This document shows, one piece after another, positions 1 to 10,391 of a DNA stretch of 64,000 nucleotides. A program made the position numbers and the translations under genes. The notes under the pieces were generated by a model, which saw only the letters and a program-made list of their open reading frames with translations, had not been told where the DNA came from and made no database searches. The stretch is from positions 864,001 to 928,000 of the forward strand of contig CAVUKB010000005.1 in assembly GCA_963741955.1 (NCBI GenBank). Direction: 5' to 3'. Every line of letters begins with the position of its first letter. Within the stretch, counting starts at the first letter, position 1. This DNA comes from an uncultured Acidobacteriota bacterium (GTDB taxonomy: Bacteria; Acidobacteriota; Thermoanaerobaculia; Gp7-AA8).

Positions 1-769
1 CCGGGAGGATGCCGAGTACGGGGTTGATCGACGCGGGGATGAGTTGCCCGAAGAGCTCCAGCGCCGGGAAACACGCATCCGAAAGATCAGAGATGCACGA
101 GAGCGACTCGAACAGCGACAGCGGGAACTGGACACGAAGGCTGGTCGCTCCGAAGGCGACGATGATCCGGCCAGGAAGAAGGGTAAGCCATTCAAACGGA
201 AGTTCGGCGTACCTGAGGACAAAGCGCAAGAGAACTTCACCGATTCCGAGAGCCGAATCATGAAGTCCCAGGAAGGATTTCAGCAGTGCTACAACGCGCA
301 GATCGCAGTCGATGCCGATAACCAACTCATCGTCGGATTCGAGATCACACAATCTGCGGCGGACAGCGGATCACTCGTGCCTTTGGTCGAGGTGGTCGAA
401 CAGAATTGCGAAACAAGCCCCGACCAGGTTGTTGCCGACACCGGTTACAAGTCGGAAAGCTCGTTCATCGAGTTGGAGGAGAAGAAGATCGATGCGTATG
501 TTTCTCTCGGACGAGAAGGCAAAGAAACCGCAGCTGAGACGACGCTCCCCGCTACTCTGCGGATGAAGCAGAAGTTGGACTCACCTGCAGGCAAGGCGGT
601 CTATCGCCGGCGAAAGGCGATCGTTGAGCCGGTGTTTGGCTGGGTCAAAAACGTTCTCGGCTTTCGACGATTCAGTCTCCGCGGGACGCGCAAAGTTGCC
701 GGCGAATGGGCTCTGGTGTGCCTGGTGATCAATCTGAAGCGAATGAGCGCTCTGGTTGCGGTCGAATAG
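1..769 (+). CDS. IS1182-family transposase, C-terminal part (5' end outside the window)
   Basis: ORF has NFTDSESRIMK, YNAQIAVD, ADTGY and YRRRKAIVEPVFGWVK-GFRRFSLRG motifs typical of IS1182 DDE transposases; the element appears to end at ...GCGCAGACTCCTAG (about 954). Confidence 0.85.
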   Translation, partial: REDAEYGVDRRGDELPEELQRRETRIRKIRDARERLEQRQRELDTKAGRSEGDDDPARKKGKPFKRKFGVPEDKAQENFTDSESRIMKSQEGFQQCYNAQIAVDADNQLIVGFEITQSAADSGSLVPLVEVVEQNCETSPDQVVADTGYKSESSFIELEEKKIDAYVSLGREGKETAAETTLPATLRMKQKLDSPAGKAVYRRRKAIVEPVFGWVKNVLGFRRFSLRGTRKVAGEWALVCLVINLKRMSALVAVE

Positions 770-950
770 CCCCGGCAGAGCAGTATCCAACCCCGAAAAG
801 TCCCGCCGAGCAAGTGTTTCGCGCTGCCACCTCCCCGAGAACGGCTCCATCAACCCCAAGGCGCTTCGATGGCCCGGTTCTGCCGCTCGCGAGCGGACGT
901 CACCCGAGATCATCAGGAAGCGCCGAACTTACGTCCTATCGCGCAGACTC

Positions 951-1135
951 CTAGCCCGCATTTCTCACATCGTCTCGTCGCGAGGAGGCGGAGAGTGGCC
1001 TGGATGCAAGGCGCACCCGGCTTCGGCAACGAAGGCATAGTGGTGACTATGTCGAGGAGCCGAAGCAGGCCGCAACGCAGCAGACAGGCCGCTATCCGTC
1101 TCCGCAGCAGAGATGGTGTGAGAAATGCGGGCTAG
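951..1135. mobile_element. MITE-like element (185 bp) with 19-bp perfect terminal inverted repeats
   Basis: CTAGCCCGCATTTCTCACA (951-969) and TGTGAGAAATGCGGGCTAG (1117-1135); internal nested palindromes (GCTTCGGC/GCCGAAGC, CATAGT/ACTATG); no convincing ORF. Confidence 0.7.
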
Positions 1136-1350
1136 GCGCGGAACGGCTGTGGAGTCCACGTCTTCGCGGCGTCTCCCGCTCCGGATGGCGCGACCGCTGA
1201 GGTACGCGATCTCTTCGCCGGCGTGTCGGGTGCGATCTCGCCCCGCAGATTCGAAGACAGTCGTCCATTCTGCAGCCCCGATCTGCAGTTCTCGAACTCC
1301 ACCTGCATCAGTCCGCCGGATTCGATGCGATAATGGGTCATTCCTCGACA

Positions 1351-3981
1351 ATGACTCTCGAAGCAGGCACGCGCCTCGGACCGTATGAGATTGTGGATTC
1401 CCTCGGATCAGGGGGTATGGGAGAGGTCTTCCGAGCCCGCGACACGCGTCTCGACCGCAGCGTCGCGATCAAGATCCTTTCCTCCGAGTTCGCGGGCAAC
1501 GCCCAGCTGAAGCTGCGTTTCGATCGCGAGGCGAAGACCATCTCGCAACTCAATCACCCGAACATCTGTACGTTGCACGATGTCGGACACGAGCGCGACG
1601 TCGATTTCCTGGTGATGGAGCTTTGCGATGGACAGTCGCTCGCCGACCGTCTCCTGAAGGGACCGTTGCCGCTCGAGCAGGCGCTGAGGATCGCAATCGA
1701 GATCGCCGGTGCGCTCGACCTCGCCCACCGCAGCGGCGTCGTCCACCGCGACCTCAAGCCGGGAAACATCATGCTCACGAAGTCGGGGGCGAAGTTGCTC
1801 GACTTCGGACTGGCGAAGGGAAGCTCTCAGAATTCCGCCGGAGGGAACGAGCTCACCGGGCTCCTGACGGAGCAGAAGCCGCTCACCGCCGAAGGGACGA
1901 TCCTCGGCACGGTCCAGTACATGGCGCCCGAACAACTGGAAGGCGCCGAGGCGGACGCGCGTGGCGACATCTTCGCGTTCGGTGCCGTGCTGTACGAGAT
2001 GGTCACCGGCCGGCGCGCGTTCGATGGAAAGACGAGGGCGAGCGTGATCGCTTCGATCCTCGACCGCGACCCGGTGCCGCTCTCGCAGATCCAGCCGGTC
2101 GCGCCGGTCGCGCTCGAGCGGATCGTCAAGGCCTGTATCGAGAAATCACCCGAGAAGCGATGGCAGAGCGCGCACGACCTGAAACGCGAGCTGGAGTGGC
2201 TGGTCGACAGCGGCCCGGATGAGACGCGGGAGGTTCGCGGCAAACGCCGGATGCGTGCACCACTCGTCGCTGCTCTGATCGCGCTGCCACTGATCGCCGC
2301 AGCGGCGACATTCGTCTCTCTTCGCCTGACGGCGCCGGCCCCCCGCCGGCTGATGTCGAACATCAGTCCGCCCCCCCACACGCACTTCGTCGTTACCGGC
2401 GACGCTGCGGGACCGGTGACGCTCGCGCCGAACGGCCACATGGCCGCTTTCGTGGCCACGGACGGAACGGTGCCGCGACTGTGGCTGCAGTCGCTCGACA
2501 GCGGGGCGGCCCGAGCGCTTCCCGCAACGGAGAATGCCATGTTCCCGTTCTGGAGTCCCGACAGCCACTCGATCGGGTACTTCTCCACCGGGAAGCTGAT
2601 GGCCATCGACATCGACGGCTCGACTCCCCGGCAGATCGCGTACGCTCCGGATGGACGCGGCGGGATGTGGCTACCGGATGGGAGGATCATCTTCACCCCA
2701 TTCACGCAAGCGGGTCTCTACAGCGTGCGTGCAACCGGGGGGAACCCGAAGCAGATCACGTTTCCCAAGCCGCCGTACACCACCGATCGCTGGCCGTCTC
2801 CCACTGCAGACGGGAAACACATGGTGTACATCGAGGCGATGCACGGCTCGCCGGCAGATCCAGGCACCGCGCTCGTCATCTCCACGCTGGACGGGAAGGA
2901 TCCGCACAAGCTCACGCCTGCGGCCAGCAGTGGGTTGGTGTTTCGCGATCATCTCCTTTTCGTCCGCAGCGACAGGCTCATGGCCCAGAAGCTCGAGAAC
3001 GGCGCTTTGTCCGGGCCGGTCATCTCGCTCCTCGACGGAGTGCTGACCGATCCCGGAACGTGGCGCTCGATCGTGTCGGTCTCGAATGACGGACTGCTGG
3101 CGACGTATCCCAGCGGGGGCGGCAGCGGAAACCTGAGATTGATATGGATGGACTCCTCCGGAAAGGAGATCGGTGAGGCGGGTCCTCCAGCCGTCTACCG
3201 CGACGTCGCGCTGTCGCCGGACGGACAGAAGCTGGCCCTGACCATCGGGGATCCCAACGCGCTCCTCTACGTGGAAGACATCGGCCGCGGCACCCGCTCA
3301 CGCCTTTCCTTCCTGAACAACACGGCCGATCCGGTCTGGACCCCCGACGGCAAATCGGTCGTCTTCCAGCAATCCCTGAACGGCTCCTATTCACTGATGA
3401 TCAAACCGGCCGACGGCAGCGCCATGGAACGGACGATCGTCACGGCGCCCTACGCAATTCAGCCGACCTCGATCGACGGAGAGAGGGGCGTGGTCATCTA
3501 CAACGCCCTTCTGCCGGGAGATACGAACATCATGGCCGTCCCCCTCTCGGGAGGGACCGCGCGAACGGTGCTGGGCGGGCCGGGACAACAGCAGAACGGA
3601 GCGATCTCGCCGGACGGGCGGTGGCTCGCGTACGTCGATGCGAGCACCAGCGGCCGCTACACGTACGTGACGACGTATCCGGAGCCCGGCCCGAAGTGGC
3701 AGGTGTCGGATGACGCCACGTACAAGTTGTGGTGGAGCGCGAACGGGAAAGAGATCCGTTATCTGAGAGACGACGGTCAGATCAGAAACGTCGCGGTGAT
3801 GGTGGAAGGGAAAGCGGTTCAGTTCGGACCGCCGCGGCTCGGCACCCGGGTGAACATCAACACCAACCGGGAGGCGATCTCTCTCAGTTCCGACGGATCA
3901 CGATTCATCGCGGCGACGCTCGTCAGCTCGGATCCTGGACCGGCCACGCTGGTCGTGAATTTCGATCAGCCGTTGAAGTGA
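1351..3981 (+). CDS. Ser/Thr protein kinase (Hanks type) with TM helix and C-terminal PD40/TolB-like beta-propeller
   Basis: GSGGMGEV, VAIK, HRDLKPGN, DFG and GTVQYMAPE motifs; hydrophobic helix; repeated WSPD/SPDG/WTPDG motifs. Confidence 0.93.
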   Translation: MTLEAGTRLGPYEIVDSLGSGGMGEVFRARDTRLDRSVAIKILSSEFAGNAQLKLRFDREAKTISQLNHPNICTLHDVGHERDVDFLVMELCDGQSLADRLLKGPLPLEQALRIAIEIAGALDLAHRSGVVHRDLKPGNIMLTKSGAKLLDFGLAKGSSQNSAGGNELTGLLTEQKPLTAEGTILGTVQYMAPEQLEGAEADARGDIFAFGAVLYEMVTGRRAFDGKTRASVIASILDRDPVPLSQIQPVAPVALERIVKACIEKSPEKRWQSAHDLKRELEWLVDSGPDETREVRGKRRMRAPLVAALIALPLIAAAATFVSLRLTAPAPRRLMSNISPPPHTHFVVTGDAAGPVTLAPNGHMAAFVATDGTVPRLWLQSLDSGAARALPATENAMFPFWSPDSHSIGYFSTGKLMAIDIDGSTPRQIAYAPDGRGGMWLPDGRIIFTPFTQAGLYSVRATGGNPKQITFPKPPYTTDRWPSPTADGKHMVYIEAMHGSPADPGTALVISTLDGKDPHKLTPAASSGLVFRDHLLFVRSDRLMAQKLENGALSGPVISLLDGVLTDPGTWRSIVSVSNDGLLATYPSGGGSGNLRLIWMDSSGKEIGEAGPPAVYRDVALSPDGQKLALTIGDPNALLYVEDIGRGTRSRLSFLNNTADPVWTPDGKSVVFQQSLNGSYSLMIKPADGSAMERTIVTAPYAIQPTSIDGERGVVIYNALLPGDTNIMAVPLSGGTARTVLGGPGQQQNGAISPDGRWLAYVDASTSGRYTYVTTYPEPGPKWQVSDDATYKLWWSANGKEIRYLRDDGQIRNVAVMVEGKAVQFGPPRLGTRVNINTNREAISLSSDGSRFIAATLVSSDPGPATLVVNFDQPLK

Positions 3982-4008
3982 GTGTCGCGGTGGGAGCGGG
4001 TCACACTC

Positions 4009-5613
4009 TCATCCCAGAATCTCGACCGCGACTGCCTCCGCGACGCGGATGCCGTCGATCGCCGAGGAGAGAATGCCTCCCGCGAAACCGGCGCCTTCTC
4101 CGGCCGGGAAGAGGCCGGGAGTGCTGACGCTCTGAAGAGAGTCGTCGTGGCGCGCGATGCGGATCGGAGAGGAGGTCCGCGTTTCGACACCGGTCAGAAC
4201 GGCGTCGGCCATCGCGAAGCCGGGCAGGGTTCGATCGAACGCCGGAATCGCCTCACGGATCGCGGCGGTGGCCCAGTCGGGAAGGCTCGAGTCGAGCTCG
4301 GTCGGAGTCACGCCGGGAGTGTAAGACGGGATGACCTCGCCCACTCCGGAGGAGGGACGACGCAGGAGAAAGTCCCCGACGCGCTGAATCGGGGCCCGAT
4401 AGTCGCCGCCGCCGAGACGAAAGGCCCTCCCCTCCCACTCTCTCTGGAACGCGATGCCGGCCAGTGGGCCACCCGGATAGTCGGCCGGTGAGATGCCGAC
4501 CACGATTCCCGCATTCGCGTTCCGGTCCGCCCGCGCGTACTGGCTCATTCCGTTGGTGACGACGCGACCGGGCTCGGATGTGGCCGCGACGACCGTCCCT
4601 CCCGGGCACATGCAGAAGCTGTAGACCGAGCGGCCGTTGCTGCAGTGATGAGTCAACTTGTAGTCGGCCGCGCCGAGTCGGGGATGCCCCGCGGCGTCGC
4701 CGAATCGGCTACGATCGATCAGGCTCTGTGGGTGCTCGATCCGGAACCCGATCGAGAATGGCTTCGGTTCGATCCGGACGCCCGAAGCGAGGAGCATCTC
4801 GAACGTATCGCGGGCGCTGTGGCCGACCGCGAGGACGACCTGATCGGCCCGGATCTCCTCACCGCTGGCAAGAACCACCCCACGCAACCGGCCCTCGTCG
4901 AGGTGCAGTTGCACCACGCGAACTCCGAAACGCATCTCACCGCCCAGAGCCTCGATCTTCTCCCGGATGTTCTCGACCATCTTCACCAGTCGGAAGGTCC
5001 CGATGTGGGGCTTGCTCGACCAGAGAATCTCACTCGGGGCGCCGGCCTCCACCAGCTCCGTGAGGACCTTGCGCCCGAGATGACGCGGATCGCGGACCTG
5101 GCTGTAAAGCTTGCCGTCGGAGAACGTCCCCGCTCCTCCTTCGCCGAACTGGACGTTCGACTCCGGATCGAGAGTGCCCGTCCGCCAGAAGCCGAACGTG
5201 TCGGCGGTGCGCTCGCGGACCTTCTTCCCGCGCTCCAGCACGATCGGTCGAAGTCCCATCTGCGCGAGGACGAGCGCGGCAAAGAGACCACAGGGGCCCA
5301 TTCCGATCACCACCGGACGCGGCTCGATCGTTCGTCCCGCCGCATTCGCGACGAAGCGATACTCCATGTCGGGTGTCTCAGCCACCTCCGGGTCGTCTTT
5401 CATCCGGGAGAGGATCGCCGCCTCCTCCGGCGTCTCGACATCGACGGTGTACACGAGGACGATCGCCCGCTTCTTCCGCGCATCGTGGCTGCGCCTGAAC
5501 ACGGTGAGCTCGAGCGGAGTTCCGGCGTCGAGCCCGAGGCGCCGGCGGACCGCGGCATCGAGCTCGGCCTCGTCATGGTCGAGAGGAAGGCGGAGTTGAG
5601 AGATTCGAATCAA
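4009..5613 (-). CDS. NAD(P)/FAD-dependent oxidoreductase (uncharacterised FAD dehydrogenase family)
   Basis: GMGPCG Rossmann motif, FGEGGAGTFSDGKL, FCMCPGG, GEGAGFAGGI; start probably the TTG at 5613. Confidence 0.88.
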   Translation of the reverse strand: MIRISQLRLPLDHDEAELDAAVRRRLGLDAGTPLELTVFRRSHDARKKRAIVLVYTVDVETPEEAAILSRMKDDPEVAETPDMEYRFVANAAGRTIEPRPVVIGMGPCGLFAALVLAQMGLRPIVLERGKKVRERTADTFGFWRTGTLDPESNVQFGEGGAGTFSDGKLYSQVRDPRHLGRKVLTELVEAGAPSEILWSSKPHIGTFRLVKMVENIREKIEALGGEMRFGVRVVQLHLDEGRLRGVVLASGEEIRADQVVLAVGHSARDTFEMLLASGVRIEPKPFSIGFRIEHPQSLIDRSRFGDAAGHPRLGAADYKLTHHCSNGRSVYSFCMCPGGTVVAATSEPGRVVTNGMSQYARADRNANAGIVVGISPADYPGGPLAGIAFQREWEGRAFRLGGGDYRAPIQRVGDFLLRRPSSGVGEVIPSYTPGVTPTELDSSLPDWATAAIREAIPAFDRTLPGFAMADAVLTGVETRTSSPIRIARHDDSLQSVSTPGLFPAGEGAGFAGGILSSAIDGIRVAEAVAVEILG

Positions 5614-5903
5614 GGATGGTCTCCAGGCAGAGAAGACGATCATAACTCCGACCGGCGAGCTCCCACCGCGGGATCTCCGATCCATCCGAAAATTTCGGAG
5701 CGATGCGCGGCCTCGCGGAGAGGAGGAGGAGTCGAGTGCCGGCGACCGCTACGCTCGACATCCCTCTGATCAGGAACCACGAGTTGCGCGGAGCTCATCG
5801 CGGAAGATCACCATGGCCCGGAGGAGTGGTAGCAAACGCAAGATTCGGAACCCGTCCATGCGGGCCCGGGAGCTGACCGGCGGGAAAAGGACGAGGTGGA
5901 ATG

Positions 5904-5933
5904 GTACGAACGGGGTTCGGCGTTCGTACGAAC
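5904..5933. promoter_or_regulatory. Probable TA autorepression operator
   Basis: Perfect palindrome GTTCGTACGAAC (5922-5933) directly before the antitoxin ATG, plus a half-site GTACGAAC at 5904. Confidence 0.5.
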
Positions 5934-6161
5934 ATGAGCAAGCGACTGGTGCGCACTGGCAACAGCCTCTCGCTGATCCTCGATCGTCCGCTGCTCGAAC
6001 AAACCGGGATCGACGAGAACACGGACCTCGAGATCTCCACCGACGGCGATGTGGTGATCATTTCCCCCGTTCGGACCAGTGCCCGCAACCGGAAATTGAA
6101 ACGGGCGGTCGACGAAATCAATGATCGCTATGCCGGGGTGTTTCGGCGGCTGGCGGAGTGA
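5934..6161 (+). CDS. AbrB/MazE-type antitoxin of a Doc module
   Basis: 75 aa; KRLVRTGNSLSLIL AbrB fold and C-terminal YAGVFRRLAE; directly upstream of doc. Confidence 0.85.
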   Translation: MSKRLVRTGNSLSLILDRPLLEQTGIDENTDLEISTDGDVVIISPVRTSARNRKLKRAVDEINDRYAGVFRRLAE

Positions 6162-6164
6162 CGG

Positions 6165-6554
6165 GTGTCCCCCGTCTTCCTCACGCTCGACGAGGTTCTG
6201 GCAATTCACGCGGATCAGCTGCGCCGGTACGGCGGACGTGATGGTCTGCGAAGCGTCTCCTTACTGGAGTCGGCCATAGGGATGCCCGAGGCCAGCTTCG
6301 CCGACCAGTTCCTTCATCCAACGGTTCCGGAGATGGCTGCGGCTTACGGCTGGCACATCGCCAGAAACCACCCGTTCATCGACGGGAACAAACGAGCCGC
6401 CCTGGCCTCCATGCTCGTGTTTCTCTGGTTCAATGGGCTCTGGGTGGAGGCGGATGAGGACGCGCTGACGGAGTTGATGCTCGGGGTCGCATCCGGGAAG
6501 GTGTCGAAATCGGAGCTGGCGATCTTTCTGGAACGTCACGCGAGAGAACGGTGA
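6165..6554 (+). CDS. doc: Death-on-curing (Fic/Doc) toxin
   Basis: HPFIDGNKR Doc motif; N-terminal IH..Q...YGG..GLR. Confidence 0.9.
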   Translation: MSPVFLTLDEVLAIHADQLRRYGGRDGLRSVSLLESAIGMPEASFADQFLHPTVPEMAAAYGWHIARNHPFIDGNKRAALASMLVFLWFNGLWVEADEDALTELMLGVASGKVSKSELAIFLERHARER

Positions 6555-6674
6555 TCGAAACATCCGGGATCGAAATATTCGGGGTCGCATCCGGGGTCGC
6601 CCATCACATGCCGCTGTGCCGTGCGCACTCACCCCTCCTCCCTCGCGGAGCGAGAATGCTTGCGGGAGCGGATA

Positions 6675-9383
6675 ATGCAAACATCCGTGGAGGCTGCCAT
6701 GACCGCGTCCGAGATCGTCGATCCACTGCACCTGATGCGTTTCGCCGCCGACGTCGTGCTCCGGAACGGGACCACTCTCCGGCTCCGCCCGGTATTCGCC
6801 GCAGACGCTCCCCGCGTGCTCGAGTTCCTCGAGCATCTCTCCAGGGAAAGTCTCGAGCTCCGTTTCTGCTCTCCGCGCGTTCCCGACGAGAAGATGGCGA
6901 AGGAGATGGCGGTCAGCGATCCGGAGACGACGTTCGGGCTGGCCGGTGAGTTCGACGAACGGATCGTCGCGATCGCCCACTACTACCGCACGGCGCCCGG
7001 CGGCGATCGCGCCGAGGTCGCGTTCACCATCGCAGACGGGATGCAGGGACTTGGAGTCGGCACGCGCCTTCTCGAGCGTCTCGCCGACGTGGGACGCCAG
7101 TACGGCATCCGTCTGTTCGAAGCGGAAGTCTCACCGACCAACTACGCGATGATGAAAGTGTTTCTCGACTCCGGGTTCGAGCTGCAGGAGAGCGCGAGCG
7201 GGAGGCACTTCGAGATGCTGATCGAGCCGACCGAGTCGTACGAGGACCGCTCTTCGGATCGGGCACGCCAGGCGGCGACGGCGTCGATGAAGGCGCTGTT
7301 CGAGCCGCGGTCGATCGCGGTGATCGGAGCAGGCCGCCACCCGCGTCATCTTGGTGCGGAGCTCTTCAACAATTTGATGCGCTTCGGTTTCAAGGGACGG
7401 CTCCATCCGGTGAACCCCACCGCGAAGGAGATTCAGTACGTCCCGGCGTACCCCACGGTTCAGGACGTCCCCGGGGAGGTCGATCTCGCGTTCATCGCCG
7501 TCCCGGCCGGCGAAGTGGAAAAGGTCATCGACGACTGCATCGAGAAGAAAGTGCGCGCCGTGGTGGTGATGACCGGCGGATTCAGTGAAGCGGGAGCGGA
7601 AGGACATGCCCGAGAGCTCCGGCTGGTGGAGAAGATCCGCTCGGCCGGAATCCGGATGGTCGGGCCGAACGCGATGGGCCTCCTGAACACGGATCCCTCG
7701 ATCTCCCTTCACGGAACGTTCGCCGAGATGGAGGCACCTCCCGGCAACGTCGCGATGTCGACCCAGAGCGGCGCGCTCGGACTCGCCACACTCGATTACG
7801 CGCGGCAGCTCAACATCGGCTTCTCCACTTTCATCTCCGTGGGCAACAAGGCCGACGTCTCCGGCAATGACCTGATCCAGTACTGGGCGGACGACCCGCG
7901 CACGGAAGTCATCCTTCTCTACCTCGAGAGCTTCGGAAACCCGAAGAAATTCGCGCGTATCGCGCCCCGCGTCGCGCGGAAGAAGCCGATCGTGGCGGTC
8001 AAATCGGGACGTTCGCAGACCGGCGCACGCGCCGCTCTCCGCCACTCCGGCGCGACGCTCGCGAGCGACACGGTGGTCGCGAATCTCTTCCGCCAGGCCG
8101 GAATCATCCGCACCGACACGCTCGAGGAGATGTTCGACGTGGCGATGCTCCTCGCGAACCAGCCGCTGCCGCGCGGGCCGCGGGTGGCCATCGTCACCAA
8201 TGCAGGAGGGCCCGCGGTTCTCGCCGCCGATGCATGCGAAGCACGAGGACTCCAGCTCGCCTCGCTCAGCAGCGAGACAGTGGAAGAGTTGCGCGCGTTC
8301 ATCCCCGAGCCGGCCGCGATCGAGAACCCGGTCAATCTCTCCCCCGACTCCCCTGCCGAGAGGTACTGGCGGACGATGGAAGTCCTTCTCGACGATCCGG
8401 ACGTCGACTCACTTCTCGTCATTCACATCCCGGTCTTCGCCGAGGATACCGAATCGGTGGTGCGGGGAATCAAAGAGGGAGCGGCGACGTCGAACGGCAA
8501 ACCCGTGGTCGGCACGATCATGAGCGCGCAGGGAATCCCGGAGGAGCTCGCGCCCCTTCCCTGCTTTCCTTTCCCCGAGCGTGCGGCGGCCGCCCTCGCG
8601 AGAATCACCACCTATGCGGAGTGGCGGAGAAGACCGGTGGGACGGATGCGCCGCTTCGACGACATCAATGCCAACGGAATCCGGGAGATCGTACGCCGTG
8701 CAGCAGCGGAGCGTGCGGCGTGGCTGCCGCCCGAGGACGCGAGGAAGCTGCTCGCACTCGCAGGCATCCGGGTGCTCGAAGCCGTGCACGTGGCGACGCC
8801 GAAAGAGGCGATCGCAGCGGCCGAGCGGATCGGTTTCCCGGTGGTGCTGAAGGCGATGGTCTCGTCACTGAGACGAGAGGTCGAGACGGCGTCGGTACGG
8901 GAGGCAATCTCTGCGGGTGACGTCCGCGAAGTGTGGGACGACATGCACGAGCGCTTCGGGACGCGGCTCAGGCAGATCGTGGTCCAGAAGCTGGTCGAAG
9001 AAGGGATGGAAGTGATGATCGGCGTGACGGAACAGCCGACCTTCGGACATCTCCTCTTCTACGGCAGCGCCGCGTCCGACTGCTTCCTCACTCCGGAAGT
9101 CGCGTTCCGCTTCCATCCGATCACCGACGTCGACGCGGCAGATCTGATGCGGGAAGTGCGGGCCACGACGATGCTCCTCCAGAATCCGGAGACGACCGAC
9201 GGAGTCCCGGAGATCGAGGAGATGCTGTTGCGTCTCTCGGCAATCCTCGATGGCTGTCCGGAGATCCGGGAGATCGAGATCTCGCCGTTCCGCTTCATCG
9301 GCTCACGCCCGCTCGCCCTCGAAGCGCACGTCCGGGTCGGCGCGCCGGAGCCCAACGGAAGCGCGAGAAGAATCCAGTATTAA
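6675..9383 (+). CDS. GNAT plus NDP-forming acyl-CoA-synthetase-like protein (Pat-type protein lysine acetyltransferase)
   Basis: N-terminal GNAT (AEVAFTIADGMQGLGVGTRLL), CoA-binding domain (GPNAMG, SVGNKADV), ligase domain NAGGPAVLAAD, degenerate ATP-grasp C-terminus. Confidence 0.85.
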   Translation: MQTSVEAAMTASEIVDPLHLMRFAADVVLRNGTTLRLRPVFAADAPRVLEFLEHLSRESLELRFCSPRVPDEKMAKEMAVSDPETTFGLAGEFDERIVAIAHYYRTAPGGDRAEVAFTIADGMQGLGVGTRLLERLADVGRQYGIRLFEAEVSPTNYAMMKVFLDSGFELQESASGRHFEMLIEPTESYEDRSSDRARQAATASMKALFEPRSIAVIGAGRHPRHLGAELFNNLMRFGFKGRLHPVNPTAKEIQYVPAYPTVQDVPGEVDLAFIAVPAGEVEKVIDDCIEKKVRAVVVMTGGFSEAGAEGHARELRLVEKIRSAGIRMVGPNAMGLLNTDPSISLHGTFAEMEAPPGNVAMSTQSGALGLATLDYARQLNIGFSTFISVGNKADVSGNDLIQYWADDPRTEVILLYLESFGNPKKFARIAPRVARKKPIVAVKSGRSQTGARAALRHSGATLASDTVVANLFRQAGIIRTDTLEEMFDVAMLLANQPLPRGPRVAIVTNAGGPAVLAADACEARGLQLASLSSETVEELRAFIPEPAAIENPVNLSPDSPAERYWRTMEVLLDDPDVDSLLVIHIPVFAEDTESVVRGIKEGAATSNGKPVVGTIMSAQGIPEELAPLPCFPFPERAAAALARITTYAEWRRRPVGRMRRFDDINANGIREIVRRAAAERAAWLPPEDARKLLALAGIRVLEAVHVATPKEAIAAAERIGFPVVLKAMVSSLRREVETASVREAISAGDVREVWDDMHERFGTRLRQIVVQKLVEEGMEVMIGVTEQPTFGHLLFYGSAASDCFLTPEVAFRFHPITDVDAADLMREVRATTMLLQNPETTDGVPEIEEMLLRLSAILDGCPEIREIEISPFRFIGSRPLALEAHVRVGAPEPNGSARRIQY

Positions 9384-9386
9384 AGC

Positions 9387-9483
9387 ATCTGGTATCTGAG
9401 ATCTGGTATCTGGTATCTGAGATGTCTGAGATGTCTGAGATGTCTGAGATGCCTGAGCTCTGATATCTGGTATCTGATATCTG
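9387..9483. repeat. Short tandem repeats (ATCTGGT/ATCTGAG/ATGTCTGAG)
   Basis: Visible 7- and 9-nt reiterations between convergent genes. Confidence 0.85.
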
Positions 9484-9519
9484 TTGGAGGTCCGGCGGGT
9501 CTCCGATCGCGGAAGCTTC

Positions 9520-10173
9520 TCAGACCAGCTTCTTCTGAAACGCGAACGCGACCGCTTCGGCTTTCGAGTGGACCTCGATCTTCTCCATGATCTTCTGGAT
9601 GTGATTCCGCGCGGTCAGCGGCGCGATGTGGAGGGAAGTCGCGATCTCGTGCGTCGACATCCCGGTGGCCATCATCCGGAGCACTTCGTGCTCCCGCTGG
9701 GTGAGGCTCCGGACCCGGGCGTCGAGAGATTCGCGGACCAGCGCCAGTGGCGGACGCGGAAGTTCTCCGGCCGTTTCAGGGGCCTCGTCCGCTGGAATCA
9801 GGACGTGCACGAGGTAGAAGTTGTCCCGGCTCACGTCGAGATTCATGATGGTGACGTTCACGCCGACTGAGCTTCGATCTTTCGCCCGAAGCTGCAGATT
9901 GAAGTGCCGAACCGTCTCGTGCCGCGCCGCCATCTCCACGATAGGACAGTGGTCGGAGCAGTAGCGGTTCCCGAATGCATCCGAGCCCTGGAGCTTTCCC
10001 GCGCAGGAAGCACCCACCATCTCCTCCCTGCTGTATCCGAGCAGCTGCTCCGCGGCATCGTTCCAGAAGACGATCCGGTTTCTCCGGTCCGTGGCCATGA
10101 CCGGTTCGCGCGCCATGGAGAGAACGGCGAACAGTTGTTCCGGATCAGGAACAAGATCGGTGACGAGTGGCAT
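9520..10173 (-). CDS. PAS-domain plus LuxR-HTH transcriptional regulator
   Basis: IVFWNDAAEQLLGYSREEMVG PAS; LTQREHEVLRMMATGMSTHEIATSL..TARNHI LuxR HTH. Confidence 0.9.
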   Translation of the reverse strand: MPLVTDLVPDPEQLFAVLSMAREPVMATDRRNRIVFWNDAAEQLLGYSREEMVGASCAGKLQGSDAFGNRYCSDHCPIVEMAARHETVRHFNLQLRAKDRSSVGVNVTIMNLDVSRDNFYLVHVLIPADEAPETAGELPRPPLALVRESLDARVRSLTQREHEVLRMMATGMSTHEIATSLHIAPLTARNHIQKIMEKIEVHSKAEAVAFAFQKKLV

Positions 10174-10391
10174 CGGCTGACTTCCCGTAGTTCGGCCGCG
10201 ACGCCCCGTTCAACCCCCGGATATCCGGTCCGGCGGGGCGCACTACAGATTCCGCCATCATACGCTCGAAGTGGTGCCTTTTCACCACGTCGAATGGTGC
10301 ATTCCGACGATTCGAATCATCGGCCGGCCGCCTAGAGTGCCGAAATGCCGCTCCCCCTCCCGAAATCCGGGAGCGGATAGAAGGAGACCAC

